64,000 nucleotides of DNA from assembly GCA_905178155.1 (NCBI GenBank), contig CAJINV010000021.1, forward strand, positions 974,449-1,038,448, read 5' to 3'. The DNA comes from Amoebophrya sp. A120. Its lineage: Eukaryota > Protista > Dinoflagellata. Both the position numbers and the translations under genes were made by a program. Positions 37,125-49,850 of the stretch are shown piece by piece. The notes under the pieces were generated by a model that was not told where the DNA came from, searched no databases, and saw only the letters and a program-made list of their open reading frames with translations. The stretch's first letter is position 1; every line of letters begins with the position of its first letter.

Positions 37125-40100
37125 TCACTGATACAAGACCTCCGGCTCCTCGTGCTCATCTTCTGCATCGTCGCGATAGATGCCTTGTTGTGCCCCTCGC
37201 TCGTAGTTTCTTGCACTCTCACTACTCCCGGCACCACGACCCCCGTCTGTTCTGGTTTGCGATTCTTTACTTCTCCCCGTGGAATTCGAATCCGTCTCCA
37301 TTTGTGGTCCCTGGATTCCCTTCTCTAGATTCTCGTGGTACTGTTCCAGCAATTTTCGGTACAGCTTGTGGCTATTGAACTCACCGTCATCTTCGCTGGA
37401 TGGCTCTTTTTCCTGTCCTCCTTCATCTTCTTCACATGGTCTATTCGTTGTAGCCTCCCCGTCCACCTCTACCAGCTCCTGCTCCTCCTCGTCGTGTTCA
37501 TGATCTGCAAGAGCCTCTACATCTATGAGATTGCACAACTCCCCCTCTTCCTCGTTTGTCATGCAAAATACCTAACTCCAGCTTTGCCTCTTGGTACTGT
37601 TTGCATGGCAAGTTCTGGCAGTCCAATTAGCACTACACTCCTGGTGTGTCATGCGAAACCTGTATTCTTGCTGACGCTTGTATTGCTGTTCATGCAATAC
37701 AAATGAGGGGGAGGGGGAGTTGTGCACTCTCATAACATCGTCCCCGACTCGGCAGTCCTCGTCCGTTGGTACGAGGGACAGCATATGCATTGCAAACATG
37801 TCTGGCTGTCTGGAAAGTTGTAATGCCAAAAGACAAAGATATGCGCACTGCAATACACAGCCAAGCATTATAAATTTTTTGGGCTTCTATGTGATCCGTG
37901 TTGCGCATTGAAGGCTGCGTTTTTGCATGAGAGGCAAGAGCCTCTTGTCCTGCCCTCGTATCAGAGAATTTAGATACATGCCCATGCGAGAACAAAAGCA
38001 TGAGAAAAAACTTGCAATCTTCCAGACCCAGACATATTTGATGCAGTTGATACAGCAGCCCGGCCAAAAAATTCCGGGTCCGACAAATCCCGGTTTCGCC
38101 GTCGCCGTCTTCCCCCCGGCAAAACGGTGTCTCCAACACCTTCCCGGCGTAGACCACCCGCGCAAACCCGTCGTGGGTATATGCATTGCAAATATGTCTG
38201 GGTCTGGATACTTGTAATGCAAGGAAGGGAAGAGGTGAGCACTCTCCAAGCATTTGACAAGTTTTTCCGTGGTGCTGAGTTGCGTACTCCGCATGATGAC
38301 AAACAGCGCTTTCGCATGACAGGCAAGAGCAGCTCTTTGCGACCACGCAACACAGTGTCCAGACGAGTCATCCCAGGATAGAATGACAAACCTCGCATCA
38401 ATCTCCCAGACCCAGACATTATATTTGCAATGCATAGGGTAAACTCGAAGTTGATGTAACTGGCGAACGGCGGCCACACCCAGTCAAACGTCAACTTCGC
38501 CTGCAGGGCCCCGAGCATCGGCGCCAGCGGGCCCGTGTCGTGGCCTGAGTAGAGAAAGAAGTTTTTGCTTTTTTGGTTCTGTATGTCGTCCAATACCTGC
38601 TTGATCAGCGGCCCGACGCGCTGTTTCGGAAACCGCTCGTTGGGGCCGAAGTAGATCGGAAGGTAGGAAAACGCCTTCCCGAGCGTCTGTTCCGTCAGCG
38701 GGACCTCCCCACCTTTCGCAATGCCGACGGTGGGGCAAAGGTGCGAAAAAACGCAGTCGCCGAGCTGTGTTTTTTATAAATTTTATTGCAGGGAATAAAG
38801 GGGGTTGTACTATAAATTGTGCTGCCGAGGAGGAGAACGAGAAACGACGAGCCGGAAGTAAACCACAAGTTCTTCACGAAGGGTCAATCTGCTTACACAC
38901 AGCACCTAAAACCGTGGAAAATAATCGCAAATTAAAGTTCATCGTCGCACAAAATTTATACCGAAAATAAGCTGTAATTGTGATCCAGGCCCAGCGGGCG
39001 CCCCTGCACTGTTGTGCTGTTTAGCTCCTTTACCAGCTCGTCGCGCACATCTGCGTCCCACTTCTGCTGCGCCTCCTTCTGCTTATCCCACGAAAAAAGT
39101 GTACACAGTTACACATTTGTAGTGAATTCAGCAACACAAATTTCTTCGCATGAGAGAGAAAACTTGTAATGCAGAAATCCTACGGGAAAACACCTATGAA
39201 ACGAGGCTCCTATGCATATCCGGCATGACAGAGCTTGTCTGTTTTGCTTGGCCTGCAACGCAATGTGTAACTGTAGCACTTTTTTCTTGCGATACTGCTC
39301 GGGCTGTTCCCAGTACGCGGCGTCGAGCTCCGCCATTTTCGGGCAGAACCGGGAATTCGGTTGGATCGTGCTGTATATGCATTGCAAAAGTATTGTATCG
39401 CACTAGTATAAATTGCATGACAAATTTTGGCAAGAAGGAAAGGGGAATTTGTAATGCTGTTTGCCTTAGGAGAAATATTTGCCATGCATATTTGCAAAGA
39501 GCAGTACGAGTACGATGCTTTTGCACAGGATACTGTAAAACGGATCGTCCGTCTCGACTTCGAACTTGGAGTGCTTGATCCCCATGTTCTCCAGCAACCG
39601 TGCGGCCAGCGTTTCCGCGCTGCGCATGGTTCGCAGCGACGCGTCGATGTCGGATCGGAGGTACCAGGCCTTGGCGCCCCCGGCCTCCTTTTCGCGTTCG
39701 CACTTCTGCGCCAGCGTCTGTGCTTTTTTGGCCTTCCTCGTTTGCTGTCGACCTACTTTATTTCTCGCAGGCCGCTCTGCTTGTTCATCATCTGCATCGT
39801 CGCTATCAGCCTGATTCTGAAAGTTTCGACTGTCCTCTTCTTCGCCCCCTTCGAACGCTTCCTTCATCTTGGCCCAGATGGTTGGGAGCAAACCGGAGTC
39901 CTCCTCGAGTTGCTTGCAGGCGGAGCGTTTGAAAACTTTCGGATAGGCCTCGAAAAACCGGTCGGCGTTGTTGCGGTGCATGGCGTATCCGTCCGGCGTC
40001 ATCTCGCCCAACCCGCAGGTCCCCTGCCAGTTGTTGGGCACCGTGTTCCCGCGGTGCGCTTCCACCGCTTCGTTCTTCGTCGCGGGAAAAAAAACCGGGG

Positions 40101-41234
40101 GCTGGTGCAGCTGGTTATTTTCCTTCGGTGTGTCGCATTCGTACTGCACCTGATCGTTTTCCCAGCACCGCCCGTTTTTGGAGTGCTGGTCGCCGGAGCA
40201 CATGATCCGCGCGCCGTGCCGGATGAAGCTGACCACTTTCGTCACCTTTTTCGTGATATGGATTGTAAAAATGTCTGGGTCTGGAAGGTTGGGACTTGTA
40301 ATGCTAGCTTTCCATACCTAGAAAATCTGCATTGCATAACCAACAAAAGTCGCAGTCTCTTTTGTCATGCAAAAACGCAGTTTCTCATGCGGATTGCCTA
40401 TGAGAAAGCGTTCGGAAGTGTTTTCATCATGCACATTTTAGCATCACAAGTTTCCAGACCCAGACATTTTTGCATTTCATACGTGAACTCTGCATCCGGG
40501 ATCGCGCCCCAGTCCTTCTCCTCGTTGCAATAGTTGTGCAACAGCTTCTGGTATGGATTGCAAAAGTGTCTGGGTCTGGAAGGTCGGAACTTGTGATGCT
40601 AACTTTGGACTCTAAAAAATTTTGTATTGCATGACCAGCAAGAGGAGTCCGGTTTGTGCTACGCGTGGAGGGTATTCGTCATGCGGAATAGGCATCAGGA
40701 AGGCCTCTAAAAATCTGTGATGCTAGGGCTTCCATGACAGACATTCTGTGTCATGCAAAAACAGCATAACAAATTTCGGATTCTTCATCCAGATCCAGAT
40801 ATTTTTACATTTGATATCTGGAACTGGTGCGAGGGGGCGGTTGGACGGTCAATTTCAACGTCATCTTGCTCCTCGTCCTCTTCGGAAAGGATCGGCTCAC
40901 GGCTAGCGGTGGATGGGGAAGGGGACTTGGTCTTGGTCGAGCTCGTCGTTGAAGCTGATGCAGCGTCGGCCGGTGGGCTCGTCGTGGACGATGGCGCTGC
41001 GCTGCCACTGCTCGCGGAAAGGTAAAGTAACGCGGTTTGCAGTGCATGTGCGGTTTTAATTTTCCTTCTCGCGGGAGCACGCCTGTTGTCGGAGGCGTAA
41101 ATAACGCGCGCCTGGCAAATGTTGAGATCATTGCAACGAGTACGGCCTCTGCTTCTGCTTCTGGATGAAGAAGCGGTCGTCGAGCAAAACGAAAAACCGC
41201 TGGAGGAAGACGACATGACCGCGTGTACAGGCAA
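37125..41234 (-). CDS. Histidine acid phosphatase (His_Phos_2 family); 7 introner introns plus at least one other intron
   Basis: Catalytic motifs FIRHGAR and LYSGHDT; also YLRSDI..RTMRSA and WVWPPFASYINFEF. Junctions FQ|KLL, EFT|KKVTK, FYS|TIQPN, EQ|KEAQ, EFT|HDG, GLL|SLVP, GDD|VEAL. Ends are approximate. Confidence 0.88.
37524..37734. mobile_element. Introner family F, 211 bp, inverted relative to the 33190 copy
   Basis: TSD acatc. Confidence 0.92.
37784..38052. mobile_element. Introner family A, 269 bp
   Basis: TSD cagca. Confidence 0.9.
38180..38436. mobile_element. Introner family A, 257 bp
   Basis: TSD gggta. Confidence 0.92.
39084..39294. mobile_element. Introner family G, 211 bp
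   Basis: TSD ctgct; TIR tatcccacgaaaaaagtgtacacagttacacatt. Confidence 0.9.
39376..39532. mobile_element. Introner family B, 157 bp
   Basis: TSD ctgta. Confidence 0.9.
40257..40481. mobile_element. Introner family A, 225 bp
   Basis: TSD cgtga. Confidence 0.93.
40552..40816. mobile_element. Introner family A, 265 bp
   Basis: TSD tctgg. Confidence 0.92.
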
Positions 41235-43778
41235 GGAAGAGAAGATGTGTTTCTTTCTTGCTGTTCTTTCTTGCTGTCAGTAGTACTACCCTAGAAGCAA
41301 ACTCACTGTCATTGCGCACACAGAATCTTCTCCACTTGAGCAGGTTATCGTTCTTGCTTAAACCGATAGTTTCCCACCTTTCCAACCAGCAACCACTTCA
41401 AGGCAAGAAAGAATGAGACAATTTACGACAACATCAGGGTCGTTCCTCCAGCAGAGAACTCGTTTTCTACTTCGTGCTCGTCGAGGTCGAAATAGAAGGA
41501 GATATAAGTAAAGAGGACAGACAGATGACAAATGCCGTTGCATTTCCGAGAAGATGAACACACGCACAGTCTAATCTAATTATAGACACTCACAATTATC
41601 TGGAGCGGCGAGCTAGAAGAACGAAAATCCTTGCTCGCGGTGCCATGGGCGAGCGACGCCCCCAAGATTAGCAGATCACGCATGCATCTGGTGCAATTCA
41701 ACAGCCTATCAATTTGATCACACCAGCGCGACGCCCACGCAGGACTTGCCGACGCACATCCTTCCATAGAACCAAGCGGCGGCCCAGAAGCCGGGGCTGA
41801 GCCGCGCTCGCGGCCCGCCGGGCGGGGTATCGAACCGGGCGCGCGAAACAATCAAGCCGCAAAGGATGCGCTGTCGCGGCGCGGCGCGCGCGCGCGCAAG
41901 CTCGAATGCAAGAAGGGGCGGGGCGAAGACGCCACGCACAGCACCAGCGCCCGGCGCCGGCATGGCTGCAACCGTCGCAACACACACCAAGGCCATGCAA
42001 GACCGAAAACGGGCGCACCGGTGCCGGCTCAAGCAGGAAGGCGGGCAGGATCATCACGCCCCACCCTCGCGCCCTCTGCCGCGCCGCCTGCGGCGCCGGG
42101 GCAGAAATGGAAGGCGGCAAGCGCCCGGGGGCGAAGGCGCAAGCTACGCGGCTGGGCACCGGGCGCCAAGATCGCGAGCGCTGCGCGCTTTCTCCGCTTT
42201 GTTCGAGATTTTTCTTGGGTGGCTTTCCGGCGCCACGTGTGCGGCCGCGCACCATCTGCGGGCCGTAGTGCGAAGCCTGCGGCCCGCATGCCACACACGC
42301 CCGCCGGGGCCTGTTCCCGCCTGCGTGCGCGCGATAGATGGATGCGCGATCACGAAGTGCAAGAGGAATGCTCTGTGGCGCACGCAAAAAGATCCGGAGG
42401 CCACGACCGAGGCTCGCAAGAGACGCTATCGGCTGCCGCTGCTGCTGCTGCGCAGCTGCGGCTCCAGATGCTCCCCCATCATGTCCTCGGCAGCTTTCCA
42501 TTTTGTCATTGTCATTGAGGAAAACCACACAAAATTAGAATTATAGGACGGAGGCACGACAAGATTAAGCCTAAGCGGCACAGCTAGAAGTAAACAAGTA
42601 AGAACTGCTCCTTAGATAATAAGTAACTACGTATACTTCTCTCGCATGCTCGCCGCAATAAAACTCCGCACTCGTTGTGGTAAAGCTAGCGGTATCTGTA
42701 ACTGTATCAGCCACAAAACCCTCTCGCGCATCTCTCTGCGCACTGCAGCTGCGTGATCTCCTACGGAACAATAACGTACGCAGCAGATGAAAAATGCTCG
42801 GCGCTCCGTCAGCGCCAGCAGTCGAGTGGCCCTTCTATTCGGAAACTCGCGCTGTTTTTTGATTCTCCGTAGTTTACAGTTACAATTTGTTTGTTCGGTT
42901 TTCTTTGCCAGTTTTGTTCAACCAGCCGTGTCTGAAAATTATCACAACTCTCGTTCAGAGGACATTACACTGTGCAACTAAGATTTTGATATTGTAAAAT
43001 TTGAATCATAAGGACACTAAAATTGTCAGTACGACTAGCCTGCTACCACCAGCCTAATAATAGCTCAAGTCTGGAAGATTTTGTTCCATACTAAACTTTG
43101 TCATATCGGTACTTTATCAGTTCTGTGTCGGTTGTTGAGTCCTAACGGCAAGGAGGCGCAGTCCCTGCAAGTCACACTCGTACTCGACTGCGCGCTAGTA
43201 CGCTCAGAACCCCTACAAGACATGCAGGTCGCTCTGGTTCGACATATTTGATAGAATTCGGACAATACTGTCGTCTGTGTCTGTGAATCTGTAAAATGAA
43301 AACATTGCATTAGTCATATTGTCTGAAGATGATCTTCGCTAAACTTTTGCTTCTATTGGTCAAAACTACTGGCTCTGTCTAGCCTGCTGCTCCTGAATCA
43401 TACAGCAATCTTTTCGACTGTTTTCTTTTCCGTATTGAGTCTTGTTCATCTTTTCCTCTTGTTTTTCTCTGGCAATATTCATCTTCTCGATAGGTTAATT
43501 TGGCAATATTTCTGTTAGTTTTCAAGGTCAAAGTCAATCTGTGAAGTCAAAGTGAAAACGGTTTGATAGTATTCTCCTGTCTGATGTTCCTGTATTGCTA
43601 TCCATAATGTTCATGCTCCGCCTGCCGATTCTAGGTCTTTTTTCGTACGAGTTTCTGCTTTTTTGTTTTTGATAGCTTGTATTTGGAGATGGAGGTGCAG
43701 AAATCTCCTGCGTGATAAGAATTCAGAAAATTTTTGATTTTAGTTCTACTATCCACGACAAATTCTAAAGCGCTCCGC

Positions 43779-46700
43779 CTACTGCTCCGTGGTTTCGACA
43801 ACCATACCCAGCAGTGTCTCCATGGCCTCAATTTCCTGGTCGATCAGAGCCTGTCCGGTCTTTGCCGCAACATACTCCTCGCCCGTACCCGTGCCGGTCA
43901 TGGATTTCTGATGTGTGTAATTTTCAAAATTTTTTCCATCCTGTTCCTACGTTACTTGCCCAACCTTCTCGAGCTTCTTCTATACTGCTGCATTCGAAAC
44001 GGACATTGCAAACTCAAAAAGCAGATGCACCTTGTCTTAGTATAGCACAGTCGTATACGTAAAACTCAAAACACAATTATATCTACTCGCAGGTTCGGAG
44101 ACAGCTTCAAACTGGTGACACCGCCCCTATCGTCACCCACAATCAGGATTGGACTTTCCCCGTTGAAGCCGAGATGGGTGCACTTTGCCTTGGCGACCAC
44201 CTTTTGCCAGCACAGCGGTCCGTTGCGGTTTATGCTAAGGTCATAAACATGCGTGACGCCATCAGCCGTAATGGCGGCGAAGACCGTACCTGGAGATAAG
44301 TATTTCCATTTCGTAAAAGTTGTGCTTCAAAATGGGATTCTTGTCAAATACCAGATGGACGATAAAGATACAGCCAAGAACTTGATGAATCTTACACCAT
44401 TTTTCCATGATTGCAGCTGCACAAGAAATCAATTAATACTGCTGTATGGTGCCCAGGCGACGTCGCCGACCTGTTGTGCTAGATCGAAGGACATGATGGG
44501 TGTCTTCGTCGTGTGGTCCCACATTTTCACGGTCCAGTCGGCTGAGGAAGAGATAAAAATGTTCGGGTGGAAGTGGTTCCATCTTACGGCGTAGACGGCC
44601 ATGCTGTGACCCTCGTAGGTGTCCAGGTATTGACCTGAGAGATGTGATGAATTTTTCAGTTGATTTATTTCTTAGTACCAAGCATAGAGGGGGCAATTTG
44701 GACTTCATCGTGTCCTCCTTGCGGTTGCGGTCCTCACAAATCTTCATTACGTTTACGCATTCTCTCGATGTTGTTGTTGAAATGCCTATATGCAAGTCGT
44801 GCAAAAACTAAAACACCTTATCCTAAACAGCAACTAAACATAATGATACCGCTGTATGATTTTGAGCACTTGTGGATCCTTCCCTCCTCTGTTCCGATCA
44901 GGAACAAGTCCTCGTTTGTCTTGTGGAAATCGAAGCAAAGCCCGCCTGCCAAGCCCGTGAGACCGGTGTCCTCTTCCTCACCTGAGAAAATTTGTGTTGC
45001 AATAGCAATGTTGAGTTTTAAATTTGCTGATAGAAAATACAGACGGCAAATGCCGCGTCACGACCATCACCTGCAGAGAGACACACACGGCAGCACGAAC
45101 AAGAATTCATCCGCATCTGATTCTGAATTTACCGACAACGTCTTTGTTTTTGTACCTGAGTGCAGCTTGAGTGCCATCAATTCTTCGCTCTCCAGCTTGT
45201 CTTTCATGAGCAGCCAGATGCTGACGCGGCCGTCCGCGCTGACACTGTAGAAGGAAAGCGCCGCTCCTATCCTCAGGAAAAACGTACCCACACCAGAGTC
45301 AAGATGGGGACTTTGCAACACAAACCTAGGAGTTTTGGGAGTCACGCATGACAAGTTGGGCTATGCAGTGTAGTGCAGGTTAGCAAGCGCAGCCGCATCA
45401 CAGATTCATCTGCTCATCCTGTTCACAGCATCACAAATTCCAAAACAGGATTGGAAATGGCTCTCATGGGGATGCGCATTCCAAGTCTTCCTGTCTTTGC
45501 AAATCTGCATTACAACTCTGGTGTGGGTATGTTTTTACTCAGGATAGCTCCGTTCGGATCGTCGTTCCATCGCACCTCCCACACGGGTACCAAATGTAAA
45601 AATGTCTGGGTCTGGAAGAATGCAACTTGTAATGCGTATTTCAGAACACAGAAAAGTCTCTCATGCATACGTAGCAAAAGCTCCCACTTTTTGCCAGCGA
45701 AATAGGGGACTTGTCATGCGGATTCGGCATTGCGGAAGGTTCTCGAAACCTGTGATGCTAGAGCCTCCATGCCAGACCCTCTGTGTCATGCAAAAACAGC
45801 ATGACTCTTCCAGACCCAGACATTTTTACATTTGATAACGGGGTCGCTGTGCTTGTTGGTCCTAATCGTTGAGGCGTAGATGGGTCGCTTGGTCTTTCCC
45901 CGGACGTCGTAGACTAATACGGTCCCGTCGTACAAGCCCACGGCGAGCAGTGCGGGTCTTGATGGGTGCCAGTCCAGACTGCACACGCCGCTGTCGGTGT
46001 TAAAGATAAATTCCGGGAATTTCGTGTTTTTCAAGCTGTAACAGCAGATGCACCCCTATCCTGAGTAAAAACGTACCCACACCAGAGTCAAGATGGGGAA
46101 TCGGCTAGACAAATCCACAAGTTTTGGCTGTTTTGCATCACAAATTTGGACTCGTAGTGTAGTGCTGTTTGAGCTAGCTCAGCAGCATCACAGATCTAGC
46201 ATACCATGCTGATTGGAGCATGACAAATTGCAAAACACGGCTAGAAAATGCTTCTCATGGAGCTCCGCATGATTAACATTTTCAGCATGCAGATTTGCAT
46301 TACAACTCTGGTGTGGGTACGTTTTTACTCAGGATAACCCCGTGCCCTGTCGCATGAAGTCGTAGGACCCGAAACCGACGGCGAAGAGGTCCGTGTACTT
46401 TGGGTTCCACCGGATCGCGGTAACCTGGGAGGTTTAAGTTCATTTTGGTGTCTAAGTACCCAAAATGAAGCAGGAATTACTTATTTCACGTGCGGAATCT
46501 TCCGAATCATGCATTTTTTCTTCATCATCTGCACGCTTCATTCAAGTAAAACCATCCTCGTCGTAGTGCTTACCTGTTTTCTCTTGACCTTCTCTGAGGT
46601 GAACCTCCACAATGGCAACAGGGTTCCCTCACCGTCTGGTCGGAATTCGTCCGACTTGTCTTCCCAGAACTTGAAATCGTGGTAGATTTCCGCCTCGGCG

Positions 46701-48718
46701 TTCTGGTTTACCATGCGCTCCATGAGCTTGATACCTATTTTTTTTGTGTTCATCCGGTTGTAGAAGACTACTGCGTGGTTTCAAGAAAATATCAAACCAT
46801 CACGCGCGGTCGCAGGAAGATAAGAAAAGATTTGTATAATCAACATCTGAAACAAAATGTCATGAAACACATCGAAACAAAAGGTTTATTTTCTATTTGT
46901 ACTTAATTTCATGGCATCGGAGTAAATTGGGTCGGATTCTGAGGGCTTCTTCTTGGTCTCCATGTCCAAATTTGCACTCTTCTTCTCCTTTGCGCTCTGC
47001 TTTGCGGCCTATGCAGTGCAACAGTATCGCACTATGTATAAACTGCATTACACATTTTACCAAGAACAAAAGTGCAATTTGTCAACATGCTGGACATGGT
47101 AGAGCGTTATATACTGTCATGCATGACTGCAATAACTTTATATGAGTACGATACTTTTGCGATGCATACGGCCTCCGCGGCTTCGATGTCCTTCATGTAA
47201 GAATCGTAGATGATCCACTGTTATGCACTGCAAGTATGTCTGGGTCTGGATACCTGTGATGCTGAATTGAGTATGATAGAAGCGCTTGCAATGGCAGCGA
47301 GGCATGACAAGTTCTATTTCAGACGCCTGCTGATGTCTAGCACACATGGCATCACAAATTGCGTTTTTGCATCGCAAAGGAAGCTCCACTTGTGCTGCTC
47401 ATGCAACACAGATAATATCCCAGGGATGCAAGACCCGCACCACAAGTTTCACTGTTCCGGACCCAGACATATTTGCATTTGATAACTGCGTCACCGACTC
47501 TGCGAAGCTCTTGCACAATGGTGGCTGGGTCGCTGTTGTGAAGTTTCAATGTGAGTATGCATGCATCGTCACGATAATTCTGCTTCATCTCATTTTGTTG
47601 CAATGCAAAAATTTCATTCCATATGCTGCAATTTATCATACGTCCACAAAACAGCTTCACAGGCACTAAATTCAAGATCCTATGTATCACAGTACCTATG
47701 GTTCTTGTTCGCATCACCTCGTTGTAGGTTTGTGATGCCCGCTCGGAGAAGTTAAATTGGTTTCTCAATGTGTTCTTTTTCGCCTCTTCACCCTCGTATC
47801 TGTGATGAGTTGAAATGACTAAAAATTCAGTTTCGGGGTAGCACCGAAGTGGGCGAAAAATCCAGTAAGTATCGCTAACAGGAGGAGTCGTACGGCACCG
47901 AATTAAAACGACACGAATAAATCAAATCATCAAATTTTCATTTTCCGCCAGGCACGGAGCCAAAACATATCTAAAATTATACTCTTGTATTGAGACGTCG
48001 ACGGCCTCCTGTGCGTCTCGCTTCTCTTGCTCTTCTTTTTTTCTCTTCAGGATCTCTTGCTGCATGCCCTCTTCTGGGGACTCCTTCTTTAGTATTGTGG
48101 CATCGGTCTCCAAGTGCATTACCATTTGGTCGACCTGGAATTTGGATTTTTGCTTTCACTTTTATTCACGCTTGCTAGCATTTTTACCTATGTATGGTGG
48201 TGATCTGTGCATGATAGCTTTGCGTCATCAGAATAAATTTCTGCAAAAAAAAATTTCGTTTTCCTCCTGTAGAGCAAAGGGACCTACCTGATCATCCCTT
48301 TTGAAAGCCCGCTCCTTGTAGGAGTACTGGGTGATGTTGTGTGGTGCCCTTGGGTTATTTGGGTACAGAACCCGTGGCTCAACCTGAAATTTGATTTGAA
48401 GAAAGAAAGTGGTGCGGTCGTAGTCTCTTCTCGTCGCAAATAAATATGCTCTCCAGCAGCTTCTCCTCGTCGCAAATGTGATATGATTCACGAATAAGCA
48501 CGGTCCGGTCCCTTCGTTGATGTTCTTGTTTCTACTTCTATGCATAAGCATACATGCATGTGCATCAAAAATAAAAAATCGTTTTCTTGTACCTCTTCCT
48601 CCAGCTCTTTTTCCGTCAACTCAAGCTGATCCTCTGGCTTGACATTGATGATTACGGGCATGCCATCGAAATCAAAATTCATCGCCTCCTCCGCCGCTTC
48701 CGTCTTGCGCGGCGGCAT
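43779..48718 (-). CDS. DNAI1: Axonemal outer-arm dynein intermediate chain (IC78/IC1-like, WD40); 5 introner introns plus several other introns
   Basis: Conserved blocks [120 protein letters not shown]. Confidence 0.92.
45268..45546. mobile_element. Introner family E, 279 bp, inverted relative to the 18901 and 22629 copies
   Basis: TSD gctcc. Confidence 0.95.
45588..45837. mobile_element. Introner family A, 250 bp
   Basis: TSD acggg. Confidence 0.93.
46057..46336. mobile_element. Introner family E, 280 bp
   Basis: TSD acccc; perfect 32-bp TIR tatcctgagtaaaaacgtacccacaccagagt. Confidence 0.95.
47010..47168. mobile_element. Introner family B, 159 bp
   Basis: TSD cggcc; could splice GC-AG. 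Confidence 0.88.
47222..47484. mobile_element. Introner family A, 263 bp
   Basis: TSD actgt/actgc. Confidence 0.92.
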
Positions 48719-49391
48719 CTTGGTCTAAGGGGGGAAAGAGAAAAGGTTTCAAAAAAGTGTGATGTGCTTCGATTCGACAGAAGAAAATTTTCACTTTTTA
48801 TTTCGCCTAAAATTTTTTGTCCGGCGTCTTGGGTGTACTTGTGAGAAGATGATGTCTCTATACGAACTTTGCGATCACGTTTTGACGGTGCCCTTGGCCT
48901 TGGTAGTCGTGTAGAAGAAGTCATTATTTTAGTCAACGGCACGGCCCGATACGTAGTTGAAGTTGAAACGAAGTCATTATAAAGTGATTGACGACGATGC
49001 TTGAGTTTGTTACTGTCGATAAGTAATAATGGGACGCACTCCGCCATCTGTCTCTCACTCTCTTTCACCATACTAAATTTCTGACTTGACGAAAACATCG
49101 CTCGGAAGCGTATTACTTCTACTAGACGAAAACTCTACCACAGGTAGCACTAGCAAGTCTGCAAGCATTTTTAGCACAATTCCAACGCAGCTGCGTGGGC
49201 ATACGTCTTTTTGAGGTGTCCATCAGCGTACAGCTACCAGCTCCAGCATTTTTCGATACCACCATGATTCTGATACTGTTACCTATCTTTTTTTCAATCG
49301 TACTGGGCAATACAGATTGATGAACCGAAAATTTCGTTTCGGCATCACTGCTCTCGTCGTCTGCGTCTCTGATATGACACACTGACTACCC

Positions 49392-49850
49392 CTACAAAAA
49401 TGCCTCCAGCTGCTTCTTTGCCAGCCCCGGCACGCTGTCTGCCGTATCCGCCAACGATTTCCCCAACTCGTCCACGGAGTGCTGAATATCGTGGGCCGCG
49501 TGCGCTGCCACCTGTACCGGCAATTCCGTGGTATCGCCGGGCTTTGGCGCAGCTTTACTGACCTTGTCGTGGACTTCTGGGTATGCATTGCAAAAGTATC
49601 GCACTGCTAGTACAAACTGTATTTTCGTTCTTGCGAAAATTTGTATATATAAATTTTCGCAAGAACAAAAATGCAGTTTGTCATGCAGAAGATTCAGCTA
49701 GGACAGCAAATGCAAACCTGTAATGCTGCAGTGCTGCCATTTGTGCGAGTGCGGAACTCTTGCAGAGCATACTGGGATTTGCTGGAGCGCCGCGTTGTAA
49801 TACTTGGTGAAATCTTCAAGCAGAGTGGAAAGAGATTTGCTCATCTTTTT
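49392..49850 (-). CDS. 3' part of a small hypothetical protein with one introner intron
   Basis: Spliced ...YNAALQQIP|EVHDKVSK...KKQLEAFL*; 5' end not defined. Confidence 0.45.
49582..49771. mobile_element. Introner family B, 190 bp
   Basis: TSD ctggg. Confidence 0.88.
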
